64,000 nucleotides of DNA. Origin: Planctomycetota bacterium. GTDB taxonomy: Bacteria > Planctomycetota > E44-bin39. The notes under the pieces were generated by a model. The model was not told where the DNA came from and made no database searches. It saw only the letters and a list, made by a program, of their open reading frames with translations. Every line of letters begins with the position of its first letter. The stretch's first letter is position 1. The stretch spans positions 54,454-118,453 of the forward strand of contig SOJX01000079.1 of assembly GCA_004376375.1 (NCBI GenBank), given 5' to 3'. The translations under genes and the position numbers were made by a program. This document shows, piece after piece, positions 18,530 through 27,410 of the stretch.

Positions 18530-19780
18530 TCAAGGAAATTCAGCGAGCCTGACTTTGAGTTCAATTTCCCAGCCGTCGCGTAATGCCGAGAGATAAACCA
18601 CTTCCCCGGCACTATGCCTCCGGATGAGCCTTGCCAATACAGCGCGGCTGGTGGTTTTTCTGCCATTAAGCGCGATGATGATGTCACCAACTTTCATTCC
18701 CGCCTTATAGGCAGCGCTGCCCGGGAAAATAATCCTGACGACAGGGCCTTCCACGGTTTCTTCCGTTCCGATGGCCATAAGCGGGGTGTGCATATATCCC
18801 GGAATAGTATATTCTGCAGTCGTGGTGATAGTCGTCGTTATTCCTCCCTCGCCCGTCTTCTCCTGGTTATCGAATATGAGCGTAAGCAGACCGAGGATCA
18901 GGCCGATAAACAGGATTAATGCAACTGCGCTTCCCGAGGTGCTTAATTCCTCAGTGCTGCTCGCTCGGAGCCTCGACTGAGTGCTGCCCTCCGGGCGGGG
19001 AGGGGAGAATTCGGCTGAAAGGCTTGCCATGTCTTTATAACGCTTTTTCAGGCGTGCGCAACACCTGAAATAAAGCGTGTCGCAGCGTTTGGGCAGGCCG
19101 CTCACCAGTTCGCTGGGCCTGTCGCCGGCTCCCATGGGCCGTTCTCCCGTCAGCATTTCAAACCAGATAATGCCCAGTGCGTAGATGTCGGCCCTCTCAT
19201 CCAGCTTTTTGCCTTCCTTCTGTTCCGGCGACATGTACACGAGAGTGCCTACGAGTTTTTTGCCTTCAACCGACACCAGCTCTCCCGACAGCTGAAGCTC
19301 CGCGGTCGACGGCGCGTCTTTTGCCAGGCCGAAATCGCTTATCTTTACGTTCCCTTCGGAGTCAATTAGTATGTTCTCGGGCTTGAGGTCGCGGTGGATA
19401 ACGCCTTTGCCGTGGGCGTACTGGAGGGCTTCGCAAATTTTGCAAAACAGGTCGACGGCCTCGTTTTCCGGCAGTTTTCCGCGCTCGTTCAGGAGAGTCC
19501 GGAGGTTCTTGCCGTCGACATACTCCATAATGAAGTGGGGCGGGTCAGTATGAAGCGAAAGGTCAATCGCCTTTACTATGCCGGGATGGTCGAAGTTGTG
19601 CTGGAAGATAGCCTCTTTTTTCAGGTCCCTGATATACTCGAGGTCATTGGGTATTTTAATCGCGACAACTTTCCCCGTGATGTCGGCGTGTTCGGCCTTC
19701 CACACCTCACCGAAACCGCCTTCGCCCAGTTTCTCCTTCAGGATGTAATTACCGATATTATCGCCAGGTTTGCACGGCAT
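18530..19780 (-). CDS. Hanks-type Ser/Thr protein kinase with TM and C-terminal PDZ domain
   Basis: LGEGGFGEV, VAIK, HRDLKPEN, DFGLA, YMSPE; TM segment; PGSAAYKAGMKVGDIIIALNG. Confidence 0.92.
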   Translation of the reverse strand: MPCKPGDNIGNYILKEKLGEGGFGEVWKAEHADITGKVVAIKIPNDLEYIRDLKKEAIFQHNFDHPGIVKAIDLSLHTDPPHFIMEYVDGKNLRTLLNERGKLPENEAVDLFCKICEALQYAHGKGVIHRDLKPENILIDSEGNVKISDFGLAKDAPSTAELQLSGELVSVEGKKLVGTLVYMSPEQKEGKKLDERADIYALGIIWFEMLTGERPMGAGDRPSELVSGLPKRCDTLYFRCCARLKKRYKDMASLSAEFSPPRPEGSTQSRLRASSTEELSTSGSAVALILFIGLILGLLTLIFDNQEKTGEGGITTTITTTAEYTIPGYMHTPLMAIGTEETVEGPVVRIIFPGSAAYKAGMKVGDIIIALNGRKTTSRAVLARLIRRHSAGEVVYLSALRDGWEIELKVRLAEFP

Positions 19781-19886
19781 TTTAACAACCTTGAATCAAA
19801 CAGAAAAGATAATACAAGTTTACCTCTCTATCATGATAGCGCGGCGAATTTGTGTTCGCAAGCGGAAAGCGTAAACGACCGGCTCG

Positions 19887-22421
19887 CTACTGTTTCAGGT
19901 ACTGGAACGAGAGGAGCGCCATGGCCGTTCCACAGTTGTGGCCCATCATGGGATTGTCCACGTAACAGCCGCCGACCGTCCTTGTCCCCAGCACAAGCTC
20001 GTACAGCGTGTTTCGGTATTTTCCCCGCTCGGCTTTCGGCAGCTCGCTAACCGCACCTGCGGCGTTGAAGTAGTCGAACAGCAGGTAATGCGATCCCTGT
20101 CCGTGTCTTCCCGTGTGCATCAGCGCTTTGCCCTGCTGTCTCGAAAGCCCGTGGCGGTACCTGACGAAGATGTCCAGGCCGTCGCGGATGCGCTTCAGGC
20201 TGCCCCGTTTCCCGCGGTAAAGCGCGAGCTCGCAGAGCGGAACCCGGCCGGACGAGCCCGGAAGATTGTTGTCACGGCCCGCATTATTTCTGTGGTCGTA
20301 GAAGTAGGTGAAACTGCCGTTGGGGTTTCTCATGTTTTCGAGGCAGTCAAGCGTCTTTCGAAGCATCTCCCTGGGGACGGGGACGCCGCTCTTCTTCGCC
20401 TCCAGTAGACCGAGGGCAACGCCGGCCGTTGTAAAGCTTATTGATTTATCGTCGGCTTTGTAACCCTTGCTCAGGTTCGCCGAGATATAGTAGCTCCAGC
20501 CGCCGCCCGGCCTCTGCTTCTGCTCCAGTTCCTTTATGAGTTCTTTCATCGTGGATTTAAGGGCGCTTTTTTTCCCGACGCCCGCTTCGATGCACCGCGC
20601 GAAGAACATGAGCATGCAGCTGTGGCTCCAGCAGGTATAGTCCATGTAATACTCGCCGGGCTCCTTTTTCTTTTTCTCGCGGTGCGATTTGAGGAGAAAC
20701 TTTATCGACTTTGTCACCGCTTTTGCGGCTTCAGAGTTTTTCCTGTACTCGAGAAGCGCGGCCCCGCACAGGGCGTTTATCGCGTCGCGCAGCGGGATGC
20801 TCGAATCGGATATCCCGCCTAGTTCAACCGGTGTGAACCAGGAGCCGTCGTCCTTCTGGTTCTGGAGAAGAAACGATACCGCTTCTTCTTCCGCTTCCTT
20901 TATTCTCTGAAGGCTTTTTGCCTCCTGTTTGCGAACGCGCACCGCTTCCAGGTCCGCCTCGTCGGGCCATTCGGGTCTGGCGGGGCGCGATCCCGTCGCC
21001 CCGGTGAGGAGGATGCTTGCCGCAGCCATCCAGGCCCAGCGGCTCGCGGGATGCGCCTCGGTCAGCTTTTCCCACAATTCCTCTTTATCGTAACCATCAT
21101 CCAGTACGCGCCGGCATGCTCCAAGCCAGTACATGGCCTCGGGGATACGTTTACTTTTCGGATGCTTTTTAATTACTTTCGAAAACTGTGCGACCGCTTC
21201 TTTGGTTTTACCCATTCTCATCAGCAGGATTGCTTCATCCATCTGAAACCCGGCTTCCATACCGGATTTCTTCTTTGACTTCGCCGCCTTCAGGGCTTCG
21301 AGCGCTTTCTCTCCCTGACGCATCCTGCGAAAAAGAGATGCCTTCAGGCGCAGGCCTCTGAACGTCGACGCGTTTTCCAATAGCTCGGAGGCACGCTTCA
21401 GTTCTCCACGCTTCAGAAACGCTTCCGCGCGAAGCAGCCGATTGCCTGTTTTATCCACGGGATTGCCGGTGAATTCGGGGTGGGCGTTGAGGGTTTCGAT
21501 CGCGTAATCGTAAAGATGAAATGGATTATAGCTGAAAGTATCGCCGACGACCTGTCCGTCCGGCCTGACGAACAGGAGAGCTCTTCCGAAAGTATTCGCA
21601 CCCATTCCATACAGATGCTCGGACCTGAAGGGAACGTCGGAATTCTTCATGAGCTTCATGATGATGAAGCGCTCCCCGGCAAGTTCGATCAGGTCGGGGT
21701 CCGTGAACGGGCCGACCCTTGCGAAATCGATTGCCTGCATTGAAAACCCGCTGTAGAACTGGGCGGTAACGATGATGAGTTTTTTCTCCTCCCGTGCGCG
21801 CTTGGAGGCCGTTTCCCAGTCGGTCAGCCATTCGACCTCGCCTCCGCACCGGCCTGCAAGCCCGGTCAGGCCTTGAGGGGTCTGGGTTGAAATCTTGATA
21901 AAAGAAAAGGTTTTCAGGGTCTTCTCGAACGCGGCGGAGAATTTTTTATATTCTTTCTGATGCGCGTAGCATTGCAGCGTGTAGAGATATGAATTTCTGG
22001 CGAGGTAGAACTGGGTCAGGGTGTAGAGGATTCCGTTGGCATCCCTGGTATCGACGACCAGGCCGGGCGCTTTCTCTCCCGCAATCTTTTTCCGGCCTTT
22101 TTTCAGGTTGGAGTACTTGGGATCGTCCTTCAATTTCATAATTTTATTGTCACGGTATGCGGTAGTATCGGTATCGCCGATCACGGGTGAAACCTGGACC
22201 AGGACGACTGCTTTGGAAGTCGGGTCGATCATGTATAAATCGAACCTGTTGTTTTCCGGGGAAGGTTTTTCCTGGATTTTCCAGCCGGGTCCGGGCCGTT
22301 TTATCTTGAAGCCGTAGGTTTTGTTGACGTAGGTGTTCGAGTCGTCGTCAGCGGCAAGGAAGCCGGCCGTACAGAGAAGTAGTGCAGATGCACACAGTAA
22401 AACAATGCGCGTTTTCAGCAT
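19887..22421 (-). CDS. Exported multidomain protein (thioredoxin-like region, TPR, prenyltransferase/terpene-cyclase-like alpha-barrel)
   Basis: Signal peptide; VEWLTDWETA..RAREEKKLI; TPR PEAMYWLG; QW-like repeats QKDDGSW, QRPGGGW, RNPNGSF. Confidence 0.65.
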   Translation of the reverse strand: MLKTRIVLLCASALLLCTAGFLAADDDSNTYVNKTYGFKIKRPGPGWKIQEKPSPENNRFDLYMIDPTSKAVVLVQVSPVIGDTDTTAYRDNKIMKLKDDPKYSNLKKGRKKIAGEKAPGLVVDTRDANGILYTLTQFYLARNSYLYTLQCYAHQKEYKKFSAAFEKTLKTFSFIKISTQTPQGLTGLAGRCGGEVEWLTDWETASKRAREEKKLIIVTAQFYSGFSMQAIDFARVGPFTDPDLIELAGERFIIMKLMKNSDVPFRSEHLYGMGANTFGRALLFVRPDGQVVGDTFSYNPFHLYDYAIETLNAHPEFTGNPVDKTGNRLLRAEAFLKRGELKRASELLENASTFRGLRLKASLFRRMRQGEKALEALKAAKSKKKSGMEAGFQMDEAILLMRMGKTKEAVAQFSKVIKKHPKSKRIPEAMYWLGACRRVLDDGYDKEELWEKLTEAHPASRWAWMAAASILLTGATGSRPARPEWPDEADLEAVRVRKQEAKSLQRIKEAEEEAVSFLLQNQKDDGSWFTPVELGGISDSSIPLRDAINALCGAALLEYRKNSEAAKAVTKSIKFLLKSHREKKKKEPGEYYMDYTCWSHSCMLMFFARCIEAGVGKKSALKSTMKELIKELEQKQRPGGGWSYYISANLSKGYKADDKSISFTTAGVALGLLEAKKSGVPVPREMLRKTLDCLENMRNPNGSFTYFYDHRNNAGRDNNLPGSSGRVPLCELALYRGKRGSLKRIRDGLDIFVRYRHGLSRQQGKALMHTGRHGQGSHYLLFDYFNAAGAVSELPKAERGKYRNTLYELVLGTRTVGGCYVDNPMMGHNCGTAMALLSFQYLKQ

Positions 22422-22451
22422 GATATCACCTGCCTTGATTTCCATAAACAC

Positions 22452-22481
22452 AAAAACCCCCCGGCGTCTCCAGAGGGTTTT
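22452..22481 (-). terminator. Terminator just 3' of the duplicated tRNA end
   Basis: Minus strand AAAACCCTC..GGGGGGTTTTT hairpin with T tract. Confidence 0.6.
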
Positions 22482-22484
22482 CTA

Positions 22485-22511
22485 TGTGCGGAAGGCGGGA
22501 CTTGAACCCGC
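22485..22511 (-). repeat. att-like 27-bp duplicate of the tRNA-Leu 3' end
   Basis: TGTGCGGAAGGCGGGACTTGAACCCGC, identical to 28675..28701. Confidence 0.92.
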
Positions 22512-22834
22512 TGGAACACCGACCTAACTATACTATATTAAAAAGGGTTGCGAGTCCAGCTTTAGATAGAGACAACAGAAAAGACAACACAGACCTGGCA
22601 CCTATAATTTTTTTATTAGACAACAACTGGCATTTACTGTCTGAAGAAATACGTATCACTATTTCAACAATTATTGAACGCCTTATAGGCCCAGGTCAAA
22701 CCTGCGGTGAAAAAAACCAAAATAATGGTTGCTCCGGAGAAACCCTTTTAGTAGTTAAGAAGGTTGACAGTACATATACAGTCCGGATAAAAAGCTCTTT
22801 CCTCAAGGCCGCATGATTTAGGGGTATTGGCGCT

Positions 22835-24754
22835 ATGATTCCAAAACGGATGAAAGAGTTCCTTTTCGGCGCTCTGCCAAGCCAGGCGCTGGTAAAACGG
22901 CGGAATCAGGTCGGTCCTTTCATCTTCATGGAGTTTGGGAGAAAGGATACGGAACTTCTCAAGGTCCTTGGAATCGAAACGGACGAAATCGGGCCCATGA
23001 AGGTTATCTGCATGTGGGACGAGGAACACGAGCTCGAAATCGGCGGATACCTGGTCGTGGACAATATCGACATGGGCGCACCCGCCCTTGGCGGCATCCG
23101 CTTCCTCGACCCGCCCGGAAAGCACCACACCGCCACCGACCCGTGCGCCGTCTTCAACCTGGCCCGTGGAATGACTCTGAAAAACGCGGCCGCCGACCTG
23201 AACTACGGTGGCGGCAAGGCGGGAATCGTCAGACCCGACAAACTGGACGAAGGCAACAAGAGTATCATTGTTGCGCGCTTCGGACTGATGATACGGCGTT
23301 ACGCCGACCTTTACAACCCGGGACCGGACGTAGGCATCAACGATCAGGATATGAAAACCATCGCCATCGTCAACGGCCTCGACAACGTGGTTTCCAAGCC
23401 GTCGGATATGGGGGGCAACCAGATCGACATGGAAGGCGGTGCTGCACGAGGAGTCGTCGTCGCTATCGAAAAACTCCTGGAAAAGTATTACCTACTGACA
23501 AAGCTTCCCCAATTCAAAGGAGTGGACGCGCCGCGAGGCAAAGACCTGACTGTGATGATACAGGGGTTCGGCGCGGTAGGGGCGCACACGGCGAACTTCC
23601 TGCTCTCCGGCAAAAAACCCGATGACCAGCCGAAAATCGTCGGCGCAAGCGACAGGTACGGTTTTATTTACTCGGAAGAGGGGCTTCCTGCAAAAGAATT
23701 GTTCGAAGAATGGTTTGAAAAAATGGAAAATAACGAAAAAGACCCGCTCGTGGTCACGCCCTACATCAGGAAGGTCACCCAGCAAACTTCGACCGATGAG
23801 GAAAGCGGTGTATATTTCTCGAACAATGCCAACAATCTGATGCGGGAGTCGGCCTTCTGTTTCGTGCCCGCCACCCCCGTCAGGAATTACCTGGACGTTG
23901 ATTCGTCGACAAAACCCCTTATGACCACGGGCAAGATGGGCAAATGGAGAATGATTGTCGAAGGAGCCAATACCTACGCGCCCGACGAGGAAAGCAGAAA
24001 GATCAGAAAACGCGTGGAGCGGGAAGTCTATCAGAACAAGGGAATAATGATTGCCCCCGATTTCCTTGTGAACTCGGGAGGCGTAATACTCGCCACCTAC
24101 GAGAAAATCATCCCGACTCCCCCGGATCTGCTCTTACCGGACGATATAATCGGCGACCGCGCAGCCGTCGACAAATGGCTCGAAGACCACAAAGACCAGT
24201 TCGCCGAGCTGGCCGGGAAGCGCCTGAAGGCGGCCGTCGAGCACCTGGAGAATATAATCAAAAAGAATATCACCGAGCTCGTGGATCTGCTCGTGAGCGA
24301 CCCGAACCTTCTCCCGTGCGATGCCGCGGAGCTCATCGCGATAAACAGAATCAACGACAAGAAAAAACGGCTCCTCGCAAAAGACATTATGGAAGAAATA
24401 CCCGCCATCCCTGAAAACGCATCGAGATCACAGGCGGCGAAAACACTTATCGAATCAAAAAGCGACATCCTGGCCGTTATCTCCCGCGAAGGCAGATTGA
24501 CGGGTGTTCTAACCCACTGGGACCTGACGAAATCGTTTGTCGAAAACCAGACGGACGACGTGCCGGTGAAGGATTTCATGACCGCAAAGCCCGTCACCGT
24601 GCAGTCGGACGAAACCGTCGAGGGGTGCGCCCGCGCCCTCGAGACCTACAGCATCTCCGCCATGCCGGTCGTGGACGGCGAGCAGGTCGTCGGTGTCGTC
24701 GGCGGCGACATCCTCGCAAAATGCACGCTGAGTAAGACCACGGGATTCAATTAG
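22835..24754 (+). CDS. Glu/Leu/Phe/Val dehydrogenase (Leu/Val-type pocket) fused to a C-terminal CBS pair
   Basis: ALGGIRF, MTLKN, YGGGKAG, PGPDVG, QGFGAVG, EGAN, PDFLVNSGGV; CBS motifs LTGVLT.WD and ISAMPVVD. Confidence 0.88.
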   Translation: MIPKRMKEFLFGALPSQALVKRRNQVGPFIFMEFGRKDTELLKVLGIETDEIGPMKVICMWDEEHELEIGGYLVVDNIDMGAPALGGIRFLDPPGKHHTATDPCAVFNLARGMTLKNAAADLNYGGGKAGIVRPDKLDEGNKSIIVARFGLMIRRYADLYNPGPDVGINDQDMKTIAIVNGLDNVVSKPSDMGGNQIDMEGGAARGVVVAIEKLLEKYYLLTKLPQFKGVDAPRGKDLTVMIQGFGAVGAHTANFLLSGKKPDDQPKIVGASDRYGFIYSEEGLPAKELFEEWFEKMENNEKDPLVVTPYIRKVTQQTSTDEESGVYFSNNANNLMRESAFCFVPATPVRNYLDVDSSTKPLMTTGKMGKWRMIVEGANTYAPDEESRKIRKRVEREVYQNKGIMIAPDFLVNSGGVILATYEKIIPTPPDLLLPDDIIGDRAAVDKWLEDHKDQFAELAGKRLKAAVEHLENIIKKNITELVDLLVSDPNLLPCDAAELIAINRINDKKKRLLAKDIMEEIPAIPENASRSQAAKTLIESKSDILAVISREGRLTGVLTHWDLTKSFVENQTDDVPVKDFMTAKPVTVQSDETVEGCARALETYSISAMPVVDGEQVVGVVGGDILAKCTLSKTTGFN

Positions 24755-24803
24755 ATCGGGAAATAAAACATAGTTTATCCTAAAATCCTGGGGGCAGGTC
24801 CAC

Positions 24804-26318
24804 GTGCCTGATGATCGAAAACGAATGCCACTTCTATGGAAAATCGGGTTGCTTATTGCAATCTGCCTCGTGCTTGGCATAGTTCTGAACTGCCTCCTGA
24901 TCGGTTATGTTGATAATGACGGTCAAGAAACAGGCTGGAAAGACATACTCGCAAATTTATCGGGTTTGTTCCTTTGTACTTCCGTACTCATATTTCTCAT
25001 ATGTTATAAATACTGGCGCTGGCAGAAAATAAAGCAGTCCCTTGATATACAAAAAGCAAATAAACTCAAAATGAAACACCTGATTACCGGAATTGCATCA
25101 GGTGTCGTTGTTTTATTGCTTGTTATTTTCAGAATCATCGTTGTTCTATTCATACCACTGCAACCATCCGAATGGACGCTGGAATCGATCTCCTTCCTGG
25201 GATTGGTGATGTTAGGTGCCCCGTTACTTTTGGTTTCCATTCTCTCTTTTGTATGGCTTCTACTGATACGCATGGAATTTGGTAAATCGGACTGCGAGGC
25301 AATAGATCCCTCCCTGATCTCACGGAAGAGACATTATTTTTATGTGCTTATATTCTCGCTTACGGCATGGCTGTTCACTGCAGAAACAATTGGCGCGTTT
25401 ATTCCTTATTATATAGAGAGGGGGATATGCCAATGTAAATTTCATGACCAATACTACAACATAAGTTCTCTGGTCTTTGGTGCCGGCGGAATAATCTGCG
25501 GAATAATATTCTCATTCCCTCTGCATAGATGGGGATTGGTAAGTGTGGCAAAACCGGAGGACAAGGGAGTTAAGCTATCCGGAATGGCTGCGCATGGCAA
25601 AACTCTGCTGGGCTGGCGGGGATTAGTTGCTCTGGCTGTAATTGCAGCCATCTATCTTTCATGCGAATACATGTTTCGTGATATAACAAAAGAACATAAA
25701 TTATGGGGTTCGGATGCTACTCCCTTACTATGTGCGGCAAGTCGGGGTGAGATGGAAACCGTAGCTAATGAACTCGGTAAAGGCGAAGATGTTAATGTTA
25801 AGGGATGGTTCGGTGTAACGCCTTTACACGGCAGCGCCTATCACGGAAGGCTCGAAGTTGTAAAATACTTGATCTCAAAAGGCGCGGATGTAAACGCAAA
25901 GAGCGACTTAAAGCTAACCCCACTTCATTCTGCCGCAGAGAAAGGTCATGTAGAAACAGCTTCGCTACTTCTTGAAAAAGGCGCAAATATAGATGCAACA
26001 GATTATGCTGGAGCAACTCCACTCATGCGAGCGATTAATAACAACCATAAGGTTTTTGTAGAATTTCTGGTCGATAAAGGCGCCGGAGTAAACAGTAATA
26101 GTAAATTATCCAGTAGCCCGCTTCACCGCGCAATAGGCACTTGTCATAAAGACATACTGAAGCTTCTCATAGAAAAAGGCGCTGATATAAACGCCAAGGA
26201 CCCGAATGGTAGAACTCCCCTTGATTGGGCTCTGGAGATAAACGAGAAAGAAACCGCCGATCTCCTCCGCGCCAACGGCGCAAAAACGGGGAAAGAGTTG
26301 GGAAAACAAAAAAAATAA
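24804..26318 (+). CDS. Multi-TM membrane protein with C-terminal ankyrin repeats
   Basis: About 7 TM segments, then TPLH..A..G repeats; lower GC than neighbours. Confidence 0.85.
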   Translation: MPDDRKRMPLLWKIGLLIAICLVLGIVLNCLLIGYVDNDGQETGWKDILANLSGLFLCTSVLIFLICYKYWRWQKIKQSLDIQKANKLKMKHLITGIASGVVVLLLVIFRIIVVLFIPLQPSEWTLESISFLGLVMLGAPLLLVSILSFVWLLLIRMEFGKSDCEAIDPSLISRKRHYFYVLIFSLTAWLFTAETIGAFIPYYIERGICQCKFHDQYYNISSLVFGAGGIICGIIFSFPLHRWGLVSVAKPEDKGVKLSGMAAHGKTLLGWRGLVALAVIAAIYLSCEYMFRDITKEHKLWGSDATPLLCAASRGEMETVANELGKGEDVNVKGWFGVTPLHGSAYHGRLEVVKYLISKGADVNAKSDLKLTPLHSAAEKGHVETASLLLEKGANIDATDYAGATPLMRAINNNHKVFVEFLVDKGAGVNSNSKLSSSPLHRAIGTCHKDILKLLIEKGADINAKDPNGRTPLDWALEINEKETADLLRANGAKTGKELGKQKK

Positions 26319-26429
26319 GGCTTTCATTCATGCTGAGCTTGCCCCTGCAAAAGAAGGAGGCAGGAATCCATGATGGATTTTCATTTGAAATCGGCTGGCC
26401 CGGGTGTTACATTTGCATTTCCGTGAAAA

Positions 26430-26516
26430 GTCATTGCGAGGAGCAATCCTTGAAAAATAATATCGTTTGCGACGCGGCAATCTCATGTAGGGGCAAGGCA
26501 TGCCTTACCCCTACAT
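26430..26516. repeat. Palindromic repeat remnants (GTCATTGCGAG...GCAATCTC type and a GTAG-REP)
   Basis: gtcattgcgaggagc...gcgacgcggcaatctc and atgtaggggcaaggcatgccttacccctacat. Confidence 0.6.
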
Positions 26517-26536
26517 TAAGTTGAAAAGGAAAAACA

Positions 26537-27391
26537 ATGCCTAAAAAGAAAATGATCCACGACTTCATGAAGATGAAAAAAGAGGGCGAGAAGATCACCT
26601 GGATCACTTCCTACGATTACCCGACCGCACAGTTCGCCGAGGCCGCGGGCATCGAGATGATACTGGTCGGGGACTCCCTCGGCATGTGCGTCTACGGCTA
26701 TGAAGGCACCGTGCCCGTAACGATGGACCAGTGCATCGTCCACTGCGAAGCCGTCCGCCGCGCAGCCCCCGACACTTTCGTAATGGGCGACATGCCGTTC
26801 ATGAGCTACCAGACGTCGGACACGGCTGCCGTTGAAAACGCGGGCCGGTTTCTGAAAGAGGCGAACGTCGACGCGATCAAGCTCGAAGGCGGCGTTCGCG
26901 TTATCTCAAAGATCAAGGCCATACTCGACGCGGGTATCGTCGTGTGCGGGCATATCGGCCTTACGCCCCAGAGCTCGGGACAACTCGGCGGCCACAAGGC
27001 GCAGGGCAGAACCGTCGAATCCGCACGGCTGGTAATCGAGGACGCGCTGGCTATCGAGGATGCCGGCGCGCAGATGATACTTCTGGAAGCGATACCGCCG
27101 GAAGTCGCGGGATTTATCACCAGAAAGCTTTCCATCCCCGCTTTTTCCATCGGCGCGGGCGCGGACTGCGACGGCCAACTCCTGATAGTTTCCGACCTGA
27201 TAGGCCAGTTCCAGGCCTTTACCCCGAAGTTCGTCAAGAAATACGCCGACGTGGCCGGCGTCGTGACGAACGCGCTCAAGGAGTACGCCCGCGAAGTAAA
27301 GGCAGGCGAGTTCCCAAAGGACGAGCACTGCTACCACATGATCGAAGGCGAAGCCGAGAAGTTCGAGGCTTTGATTAAAAAGTTTGAATAA
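26537..27391 (+). CDS. panB: 3-methyl-2-oxobutanoate hydroxymethyltransferase
   Basis: TSYD, ILVGDSLG, DMPFMSY, IKLEGG, GHIGLTPQ, IGAG..CDGQ.L, PKFVK. Confidence 0.96.
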   Translation: MPKKKMIHDFMKMKKEGEKITWITSYDYPTAQFAEAAGIEMILVGDSLGMCVYGYEGTVPVTMDQCIVHCEAVRRAAPDTFVMGDMPFMSYQTSDTAAVENAGRFLKEANVDAIKLEGGVRVISKIKAILDAGIVVCGHIGLTPQSSGQLGGHKAQGRTVESARLVIEDALAIEDAGAQMILLEAIPPEVAGFITRKLSIPAFSIGAGADCDGQLLIVSDLIGQFQAFTPKFVKKYADVAGVVTNALKEYAREVKAGEFPKDEHCYHMIEGEAEKFEALIKKFE

Positions 27392-27410
27392 CCCGAGAGG
27401 AGACCTTTCG

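Noticed and set aside
22485-22511. A second tRNA-Leu gene
   Set aside because: Only the T-arm and 3' acceptor strand are present; there is no D-arm or anticodon arm
26260-26318. Shared ankyrin C-terminus LLRA.G.KTGKE (also in 36980..37921) as proof of cassette shuffling
   Set aside because: This capping motif is common in bacterial ankyrin proteins, so it is weak evidence by itself
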